64,000 nucleotides of DNA from an uncultured Chloroflexus sp. (lineage in GTDB: Bacteria; Chloroflexota; Chloroflexia; Chloroflexales; Chloroflexaceae): NCBI RefSeq assembly GCF_937129525.1, contig NZ_CAKZNK010000046.1, positions 24,681-88,680 of the forward strand, given 5' to 3'. The stretch's first letter is position 1. Every line of letters begins with the position of its first letter. The notes beneath the pieces were generated by a model. The model did no database searches and was not told the origin of the DNA. It worked only from the letters and a program-made list of their open reading frames with translations. The translations under genes and the position numbers were made by a program. Shown piece by piece: positions 40,006 through 48,134 of this stretch.

Positions 40006-40944
40006 TTACACACCAGCGACACAATTGCGCCCCTGCTGTTTTGCTGCGTAGAGCGCCTGATCGGCGCGGTCGATCAAGCGTTCGATCACCGTATCTGCCG
40101 GCTGCCGACCGGCAACCCCGGCGCTAATCGTGGTCTGGATCGCACCCTTCTCGGTATTGATCACCAGTCCGGCAATCGCAGCGCGCAATCGTTCAGCCAA
40201 CAGCATGCCTGCCGTCACGTCGGTATTCGGTAACAGCAAAATAAACTCTTCGCCGCCAAAGCGACCGATGCAATCGGCGGCGCGAATCTGGTGCGCCAAA
40301 ACCTGCGCAACGTGACGCAACACCTGATCGCCGATCAAATGGCCATACTGATCGTTAATCTGCTTAAAATGATCAACATCGATCATGCAAATCGTCAGTG
40401 GCCGGTTGTAGCGGGTAGCAATCGCAAACTCGTGCGTTGCCAGTTCATAAAAGTGGCTGCGGTTGTAGACACCGGTCAACCAATCGATGCGAGCCAGTTC
40501 AGCTTCGCGGGCCAGCGCGCGCTGCAATTCCCGGTTCGCCATCTCAAGCGCGGCGCGAGCCTGCGCCAGCGCCAGATGGGTGCGCACCCGCGCCAGGACT
40601 TCAGCCGGTTGAAACGGCTTGGTCACGTAGTCAACGCCACCCACCTCAAACGCGCGCACTTTATCTTCAGTATCATCGAGCGCGCTGATAAAAATAACCG
40701 GGATGTGACTGGTTGCCGGATCGGCCTTCAATTCCTGACAGATCGTATACCCATCAACATCTGGCATCCGAATATCGAGCAGAATCAGGTCGGGCCGGAC
40801 TGAGCGGGCCGTAGTCAGAGCCATTGCTCCGCGCGTTACCGGACGGACATCATACGATTGCCCCTGCAGTAATTGCGTCAAGAGCAGCAAATTGGCCGGT
40901 GTATCATCAACGATCAGAATGGTAGATGATTGATTGTTTGCCAT
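40006..40944 (-). CDS. Response regulator with GGDEF diguanylate cyclase output
   Basis: Receiver domain (ILIVDDTP...LILLDIRMPDVDG) plus a GGDEF domain with the active-site motif GGEEF. Confidence 0.9.
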   Translation of the reverse strand: MANNQSSTILIVDDTPANLLLLTQLLQGQSYDVRPVTRGAMALTTARSVRPDLILLDIRMPDVDGYTICQELKADPATSHIPVIFISALDDTEDKVRAFEVGGVDYVTKPFQPAEVLARVRTHLALAQARAALEMANRELQRALAREAELARIDWLTGVYNRSHFYELATHEFAIATRYNRPLTICMIDVDHFKQINDQYGHLIGDQVLRHVAQVLAHQIRAADCIGRFGGEEFILLLPNTDVTAGMLLAERLRAAIAGLVINTEKGAIQTTISAGVAGRQPADTVIERLIDRADQALYAAKQQGRNCVAGV

Positions 40945-40987
40945 AGATGATTGAACATGATGATGTCTGTTATAACATTGTTTGTCA

Positions 40988-43852
40988 CTATACTACATAG
41001 CCGGCTGATGGGGAAGTGGGCAAACGTTCGAGCCAGTCAATGATAGCCTGATAATCGAACGTTTCGATCCATTGTCGCAGTTGATGTGCTTCATCAGGCC
41101 GACTGGCCTCGATCTGAGCGGACAGCTCGTGTAAACGGCGAAAGTTGGCTTCGCGCGCCGCCTGGAGCAACGCTGCGCACCATTCAGGATGATACCCATG
41201 ACCATTTATCGGTATCGCCGGCAGCGTATCGGCAGGCGAATCTGCATACTCAAACTCGACGGCCAGGTGTTGCTCGATGAGCCGGACAACATCCTGATCG
41301 CGAAACGGTTTGGACAGAAAATCATTTCCACCTGCTTCCACGACCTGCTCTTGAATGTCACCAAAGACGTGGCCGGAAAGCACAATAATAACCGGTTGGA
41401 TCAAACCCGGTTCGCCAGCGCATGCTTCGCGGATCTGGCGAGCAACGCTCAGGCCATCAAGCTGCGGCATGCGCAGATCGAGCCAGATCAGATGTGGCTG
41501 CCATTCCCGCCAAACTGTCAGCGCCGCCTGGCCATCGGCAACTGATTGCACGGCAAAGCCAAGCCGACGCAGCAGAGCCACCAGAAGTAGAGCGCTGGCT
41601 GGCTGATCATCGGCAACGAGCATCCGATATATCGGCTGACCGGGCCGCAAACCGACCGGGTAGCGCGCTGATGAACGATCAGGGAGCGATAACGAAGAGG
41701 TAATCGCGGTTTGCAATGGCAGTGACAGGGTAAAACGAGCGCCGTGCCCTATCCCCGCGCTGTACACCGCAAGATCGCCACCCATTAACCGCGCTAGCTC
41801 ATAGCTAATGCTCAGGCCCAGCCCCACGCCGCTTACTGCCGGCTCCTGATCTGCCTGTTGTCCCTGAAAGAAGGGGCGAAAGAGTTGTTGCTGCTCAAAT
41901 GGTGAAATACCGATACCGGTGTCCTCAACGGCAAACAAGATACGCTGCGGTGGAGCTAGCTCAACGCGCAGTTGCACTTCGCCGTTGTAAGTGAATTTGA
42001 TAGCATTGCCCAGCAAATTGATCAAAATCTGGCGCAATTTCGATTCGTCACTGACGATTACTCGCGGCACGTCAGCCGCGCAGGTGACGGTGAATCGCAA
42101 CTGTTTAGCCTCGGCGCGCGCGCGGAAGAGTGATTGGAGATCGCCGATCAGTTGTCGCACATCGAGCGGGGCCGCCGTGTAGGTATAACGACCGGCTTCG
42201 ATCTTGGCCAGGTCAAGCACGTCGTTGATCAGCCGCAACAGGTGCTCGCCGCTGCGATTGATAATCTCAAGATATTCGCGCTGGGTTGCGGTGAGATGCT
42301 CGTCACGCGCCAGCAGTTGCGCAAATCCCAGAACGGCATGCAGCGGCGTGCGCAGTTCGTGGCTGACATTCGCCAGAAATGCGCTCTTGGCCCGGTTGGC
42401 CGCTTCTGCTTGCTGGCGCGCCAAACGCAGTTCGATTTCCGCTTGTTTGCGCGCCGTAATATCGCGCGCCACACCCAATACGACGAGACGCTGGCGCTCA
42501 TCACGCACAAACGAAGTTACAATCTCGCTATGCACGATATGACCGTCGCGATGCACCAGATCAATCTCTGCTGTCCACGGCGGCGCCGTGATGAGATCGC
42601 CTTGCCACTCATGCAGCATATAATGGAGTGATGATTGCACATACCGGGCCGAGTCGGGGGTCAACAGCCTGGCGAACGACATCTCAAGCGCTTCTGCCGC
42701 TGAATAACCGATCAGTTTACGAACCGATGGACTGAAAAAGGTAAACCGTTCTGTTTCGGTATCATACAACCAGATCACATCGGTGGCATGTTCGGCGATT
42801 AGTCGGTAACGAGCCTCACTCTGCCGCAAAGCCTCTTCAATCCACTTGCGTTCGGTAATATCGTGAACAATACTGATTGCGTGTGGCACTCCCCGAATCG
42901 TCACCATTTGCGACGACAGCAAGCACGAGCGCAACTCGCCATCGCGGCGACGAAACTGAAATTCGACGCTGGCGCAACCGCCATCGCGTCGCATCATCTC
43001 TGCCCAGAGTTGTCGATCTTCAGGCGAACGCCAGATGTTGAGCGCGACCCCGTCTTTACCTAACGCCTCTGCTTCCGTATATCCGCTGATGTGGGTAAAA
43101 CCGCGATTCACCTTTACAAAAGCGCCATTGTCCAGCCGCGATAGCAAGACGGCATCCGGCTGGGCCATAAAAATATGTTCGAGCTGCTGCACCGTGTCGC
43201 GCTGGGCAACGATCAGTTCTTGATGAACCAGCAAAATCAGCCCAAACGTCCACAACGTGCTGGTCGCAATCGACATCAAATAGGTAGCTGTTTGCCAGGG
43301 AGGAGATATTGTCAGCCAGTTCTCTTCTGTGGCCGAAGCGATACCGCGCAACGCAAAAAAGACCCCATTCGTTATGAATACAACGACGAGAAACCAGATG
43401 ATCGGGCGCAGGTTGGTCTGCAATTCAGGCAGAAAACGCAACCCGATCAAAAATGAACAGATCGCCACCACAACCGAGAAGAGAATCCGTCGTAGCGGTG
43501 GCACATCACCGGTGAGCACCAGGATCAGATAAGCTGCCAGGAGCAGAAACGCGATCAGAAACAGCCGCCAGAGCGAAACCCGATCGCCCCAAAATCGTTT
43601 GACGCCGTGGTACAGCAATATCATGCCAACGCCGACCATGGTGTGACTGATCGCATGCAGTAAGAGGGGCAACTCGGTTACATCACGCAGTGTGGTCAGG
43701 ATTAACCCTGCCGCTAATACCCCCATTCCCGCGGCCCAACACCACAAACCTGAACGTGATCGATGGGCGAGCGCCAGACCAACCAGCGCAGCAGTTTGCA
43801 AAACGTTGGCAAGATTGAGGGTGATAGACAAGGTTAATAGGTCAACGGTCAT
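40988..43852 (-). CDS. Hybrid sensor histidine kinase (multi-TM sensor, two PAS, HisKA-HATPase, receiver)
   Basis: An N-terminal ~200 aa with about seven hydrophobic spans, PAS-like segments, H-box FLANVSHELRTPL, G-boxes, and a receiver (MLVADDQP...LIWLDLRMPQLDG). Confidence 0.9.
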   Translation of the reverse strand: MTVDLLTLSITLNLANVLQTAALVGLALAHRSRSGLWCWAAGMGVLAAGLILTTLRDVTELPLLLHAISHTMVGVGMILLYHGVKRFWGDRVSLWRLFLIAFLLLAAYLILVLTGDVPPLRRILFSVVVAICSFLIGLRFLPELQTNLRPIIWFLVVVFITNGVFFALRGIASATEENWLTISPPWQTATYLMSIATSTLWTFGLILLVHQELIVAQRDTVQQLEHIFMAQPDAVLLSRLDNGAFVKVNRGFTHISGYTEAEALGKDGVALNIWRSPEDRQLWAEMMRRDGGCASVEFQFRRRDGELRSCLLSSQMVTIRGVPHAISIVHDITERKWIEEALRQSEARYRLIAEHATDVIWLYDTETERFTFFSPSVRKLIGYSAAEALEMSFARLLTPDSARYVQSSLHYMLHEWQGDLITAPPWTAEIDLVHRDGHIVHSEIVTSFVRDERQRLVVLGVARDITARKQAEIELRLARQQAEAANRAKSAFLANVSHELRTPLHAVLGFAQLLARDEHLTATQREYLEIINRSGEHLLRLINDVLDLAKIEAGRYTYTAAPLDVRQLIGDLQSLFRARAEAKQLRFTVTCAADVPRVIVSDESKLRQILINLLGNAIKFTYNGEVQLRVELAPPQRILFAVEDTGIGISPFEQQQLFRPFFQGQQADQEPAVSGVGLGLSISYELARLMGGDLAVYSAGIGHGARFTLSLPLQTAITSSLSLPDRSSARYPVGLRPGQPIYRMLVADDQPASALLLVALLRRLGFAVQSVADGQAALTVWREWQPHLIWLDLRMPQLDGLSVARQIREACAGEPGLIQPVIIVLSGHVFGDIQEQVVEAGGNDFLSKPFRDQDVVRLIEQHLAVEFEYADSPADTLPAIPINGHGYHPEWCAALLQAAREANFRRLHELSAQIEASRPDEAHQLRQWIETFDYQAIIDWLERLPTSPSAGYVV

Positions 43853-43973
43853 CCCTATGCTCCGGCAGCTTCGGCAATTAATTTATATTGTATGCTGAAT
43901 AGCTGCGGCTTGCATGGATAATCAACACATGTTTGGTTACTGTGATCGATACAACGGTAGGCAGACAATTTCA

Positions 43974-46691
43974 TTAGCGCATGATTGTCAATGGAAGCTG
44001 TAATGGTACCGCATCTACGATCTCTCCGTTATGCACATTGAATTTTGCAATAGGAATGCCAACTGAATGCGGATCATTCACTGGCTTAAGATAAACGATG
44101 TAGCGTCCATCAACTGCTGGCATCGCTTGCTCCAACCACCATCCTTCTGGCTGAAGCACATTGAGACGTACTTCAGTAGTTTCACGAACCGAGATTCTAC
44201 CCTGCGCCACCACAACTGGCCGTTCAGTTCCTGCTTCAGCGCCTTGAATCAAAAACAGAATAGTAGAATGCCCGGCAAGCTGAATGCGAAACATATATTG
44301 CGCTTCTTCAAAAGCACTTGCTACTGCAATCGCAGCTCCTTTAATATCCGGTAAAATCGCAGTTTCCTGCCAGACTTGGACTCGCACAACACTGAAACGC
44401 TCACTTATGCCCCTGACAGTAATCGATTGACCACTTCTCAATGTGACTGTTATCGTCTGACCACCTGCAGCTATCCAGATTGGCTGATCATTGATCCAGA
44501 TCTGTTGAGATGACAAACTGGCTATCTCTAACAAGATCTTTGCCTGTTCAACTGATTTGCGCAGTAGAATTCGCTCGCTTCCAACTACAATGCTGTTTTC
44601 CATCAACGTAATATTCAACATCGATGGATGTCGCGCATGTAGTTGTCCAACATCAGGCACACCTGGTTGATAAATAGCAAGTACATCACGTGACACCTCA
44701 TAAATGGCTGCACCTTCACCTTGCCAGAGTGGATCGGTAATGACGCCAAACTGGAAATAATCTTCACTCTGGCCCAATACTACATAGTCAAACACCTGTC
44801 CGGCTTGTGGTGATTTTTGTTTTGGATAAAACCACAATCGTGACGGACCATAAATGGTTGCACCCGACTCAAGCAATCGTTGCTGCAATGACAGTGCCAA
44901 CAGACCTGGAATTTGTTCACTACCTGACAGAAAGACCTCCGATTGAGCTATTGGTAATTCGTTGAGAATAGGATCTGGATCAATCTCGTAGACAAGAGAA
45001 CCATCAACCTCAACCAACCTTTTCAACAATGGACTCTGCTCAGCCCATGCTAATAAAGCAATACTCTTTTCTGTATCTGGCAATTCATGACGATGAATAA
45101 CTAGTGTATCTACACCTAAACGAGATAGGAAGCGAAGGGCATCGTCGTCTGGTAAACGATTCATCTGATGAAATAGTATGGATGTACCTATTGGAACAAG
45201 ACCGCTGTATCCAGGAAGAATCTTCCGCCAGTGCTGAGTTTGATAAAACTGCCGTCGCATAATCGATGCGCCTCCTCCTATTCGAGGAGGTACCGGTAGC
45301 TCAAGGATAACCCGCCGCTGATATGGATTAGTTTGAGCTAACCAGTGATAAACTGCCGGTACTTTTGGAATATCAATACGAGGGATAGGAATTACCAGAT
45401 GTTCAATCAATGCCAATGCTGCAATGATCGCTATCAAACTCCCTCGCCAATAATGGAAAAGTCTCATCGCACCGATACCGGCAAGGACACTGAGCGCCAT
45501 ACTCCCAATCATCCACCATCGCGCCGGTACACGTAGCGCTTTCATGCCCGGTACCCAATCGTACAACCATTGATATGGCAATAAGGTAGGAAAAGGTTCG
45601 CTGTCAATCGTAGTACGAAACACTGATCCTAAAGACAATACAAATGCAACACCTAATATAGTGATCAAACCGACACCATCACGCCGGGATTGCCTCCAAA
45701 GGAACCATGCACCAATGCTGGCAAGAGTGATGGTCAGGAAACCAGGAAATAGATTGAGTTCATCACTGTTATAGGTGTTTACTGGCAAATGCATTCTGGA
45801 TAATATGTTTCCCGATGGTACTGACAAAAATGCCTGTAAAGGAGCAGATCCACGCTCAAGCTCTGTTGATGAACGAACAATACCAAGCCATTGATAGACT
45901 TCGATATATGGTAGGAAAAAAGGTATCATCATAGCTACAGCAACGCATGCCGTAACTACTAATCCGATTATACGTTGTTTGATAGAATACCAGTTTCTCC
46001 AATCTAACCATTCATTTGGCCAAAACCAAACACCTGCAAGAATGCCTAAAACAAGCACAGTCATTGGGGCGTAATATATTGCAGCAATTCCTTGTATCCC
46101 AGCAAAAACACCAGTTAGCACCGATGCAAACCAAAAAAAGCGTCCTTGCGCAATAGTCATTTGACGCAACCAGTACAGTGCTAGCGGTAGCCACGCTGTT
46201 TGTAGCATTTGTAAGTGTGGTAAATGAGACATTCGATAGGTATTGAAAGCAAATAGTGAACCTGCCAGTATAGCACCAAAAGTAATAACCGATTTTGGTT
46301 GGTGGCCATGAAAAATTGATCGCATTAATAAGAATACTGCCCAACCGCTAAGCACAAAACTTAACATAACTAACAGATTGTACGCAAGGACAAGTTGTTG
46401 ATTTGCTAATAATGGCAACGCTAAAATCGCTAAAAAAATATGATGATCACTAAACGCCAACGTATTCGGATAAGGATAGAAAATAGGTGCATTCCAGATG
46501 CGCGTCGGATTAGTAAGAATTGCATGAGCATTCCAGGATAATGTCCACAGTTGGAACAATGGATCACTCCCGCTGCCAGCAATAGTTGTTGTTATTTCCA
46601 AAGAAAGCGGCCATGTCCATATTACTGTAAGCAGTATGTACCAAACAATGGGCCATAAATTATTCCAGCACTTCTGAATTGTCCGTACCAT
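43974..46691 (-). CDS. Large polytopic membrane protein of unknown function, low-GC paralog
   Basis: 905-aa uninterrupted ORF, collinear with the 926-aa ORF at 48135..50915. The N-terminal half is hydrophobic. The base composition is visibly AT-richer than the rest of the window. Confidence 0.8.
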   Translation of the reverse strand: MVRTIQKCWNNLWPIVWYILLTVIWTWPLSLEITTTIAGSGSDPLFQLWTLSWNAHAILTNPTRIWNAPIFYPYPNTLAFSDHHIFLAILALPLLANQQLVLAYNLLVMLSFVLSGWAVFLLMRSIFHGHQPKSVITFGAILAGSLFAFNTYRMSHLPHLQMLQTAWLPLALYWLRQMTIAQGRFFWFASVLTGVFAGIQGIAAIYYAPMTVLVLGILAGVWFWPNEWLDWRNWYSIKQRIIGLVVTACVAVAMMIPFFLPYIEVYQWLGIVRSSTELERGSAPLQAFLSVPSGNILSRMHLPVNTYNSDELNLFPGFLTITLASIGAWFLWRQSRRDGVGLITILGVAFVLSLGSVFRTTIDSEPFPTLLPYQWLYDWVPGMKALRVPARWWMIGSMALSVLAGIGAMRLFHYWRGSLIAIIAALALIEHLVIPIPRIDIPKVPAVYHWLAQTNPYQRRVILELPVPPRIGGGASIMRRQFYQTQHWRKILPGYSGLVPIGTSILFHQMNRLPDDDALRFLSRLGVDTLVIHRHELPDTEKSIALLAWAEQSPLLKRLVEVDGSLVYEIDPDPILNELPIAQSEVFLSGSEQIPGLLALSLQQRLLESGATIYGPSRLWFYPKQKSPQAGQVFDYVVLGQSEDYFQFGVITDPLWQGEGAAIYEVSRDVLAIYQPGVPDVGQLHARHPSMLNITLMENSIVVGSERILLRKSVEQAKILLEIASLSSQQIWINDQPIWIAAGGQTITVTLRSGQSITVRGISERFSVVRVQVWQETAILPDIKGAAIAVASAFEEAQYMFRIQLAGHSTILFLIQGAEAGTERPVVVAQGRISVRETTEVRLNVLQPEGWWLEQAMPAVDGRYIVYLKPVNDPHSVGIPIAKFNVHNGEIVDAVPLQLPLTIMR

Positions 46692-46762
46692 AGTTGTATA
46701 AACCCCTAGAAACTCACGACAACATTACCTGCTATCCTTGTTGGTGTACTACAACTTTTTTA

Positions 46763-46792
46763 CAAATATATCGTATATAAATATATCGTATA
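46763..46792. repeat. Perfect tandem duplication of a 15-bp AT-rich unit
   Basis: AAATATATCGTATAT occurs twice back to back (46763..46777 and 46778..46792) in the spacer upstream of the low-GC gene. Confidence 0.9.
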
Positions 46793-46868
46793 TTTTTAAT
46801 CTATAGAATGAATTTAAATAGTTTAAAATAACGCTTTATTAGTATCCAGATTGTTTGATAAACACATC

Positions 46869-47988
46869 TAATACCAATTGTCTATTGAAAGACCGTATTT
46901 CCAATAGAGAAGCCGTTCACTGTCTCGTGTATCCACACCCAGCCGGTCAGCCGTCGCACTCGTGCTGGGTCAGCTGCAAGCCGCTCCAGCTCCCGTTCAA
47001 TCTCGTCTGCTTCTCCTCCAGGTTCGCATCCACCCTGTCTTCCACCGCGAGCCGAAGCGCTTCAAATACCCACTCCGCTGGGTTTCATGCCAGCGAGGAT
47101 GCCGGTTGTTCAATCACGTGCACCCCCAACCGCTCTTCCCCGCTTGGCACGATGGCTTGGAGCTCTATCCCAGATCAACACCGTGACCCCCGCTTCCCGC
47201 CATCGCTGCAGCACCGCGACAGTCGACTCCTGTTTCGTGTTCGGCGTCCATTGTCAACAACGGTCTCACGACGCTGTTGACCACCAGGTTCAGGTACACC
47301 CATTCATCGCGCCGCTCGACCGGCTGCCGCGCCTACATGCGCTGCGCGCTTGATCAGCCCGACTCGCATCGCATCTCCCCAGGCGAGACCTGCGGTCTGC
47401 TTGACGCCTGCGCGCGTCAATGCAGCCAGCAAGCCCCCTTGTTCCACGCCTTCTGCGCCGCTCCCGAAGCGCGCGCGGCGACCGGACGAGGCACGTTCTT
47501 CTTTACGCCGATACGGGCAACCACCCAGCGCATCCCCAAGGAGGTGTACTCCACCCCGCACGCCTGTGTTGCCCAGTGTATCCCGTCCCAGCTACGCCGA
47601 ATCTCCCCTCGACTCGCCCGTTCCTTCAATTCCGCTTCCCGCTCAGGGGTCAACCGGGAACGCTTGCCCCGACACCCACCCCGACGGCGGTGTCGCACTG
47701 CCGCCAATCCACCCCGACGATACCGCGCCACCCAATCGTGCAGCGTTCGGTCATCTATCCCCACCATCTGCGCTGTCTCCCGCAGTGAATGCCCGTTCCG
47801 CAGCCACCATACGGCGCGCAGCCGGGTGCGCTGCCGGGAATCCTGCTCTGCCTTTGACAGATTGAAGCGTGTGGGTTTATCTTCCTGCCAGTTGATGTGC
47901 AAACGTTGCCTGCTCATGATACTGTTCCTCCTTGCTCAGGTGTTGTGGCTCTTATCATTGACGAGCTTTGAAACAGCAATTAGTATAA
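46869..47988 (-). mobile_element. Decayed IS630/Tc1-mariner-family insertion sequence
   Basis: It contains an IS630-like transposase N-terminal ORF plus broken catalytic-domain remnants. The candidate imperfect terminal inverted repeats are 46869..46891 and 47966..47988 (16 of 23 positions complementary by my alignment). The length is 1120 bp. Confidence 0.6.
46947..47917 (-). pseudogene. IS630-family transposase, disrupted
   Basis: The HTH N-terminal ORF at 47417..47917 is intact (RLRAVWWLRNGHSLRETAQMVGIDDRTLHDWVARYRRGG). Downstream pieces occur in other frames: GDAMRVGL, VLIWDRAPSHRAK, and QPASSLA*NPAEWVFEAL with an in-frame TGA. Confidence 0.7.
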
Positions 47989-48134
47989 CTATTATTCCGG
48001 TAACGATACACGAAGTCATCGAATATAGTGTAAACACACCAACTCGTTGCAGAACATCTGCTTAATTTCGAACTGTGGTCGTTCTTGAACATAACCAGAT
48101 TCGATCAGCCAAGTAGTGGAATCTTGCTCCTAAA

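Noticed and set aside
46859-46866. TAAACACA at 46859..46866 and 48031..48038 as an 8-bp target-site duplication flanking the IS relic.
   Set aside because: IS630-family elements duplicate a TA dinucleotide, not 8 bp. The right copy also lies about 40 bp outside the best inverted-repeat boundary. A chance match in AT-rich DNA is likely.
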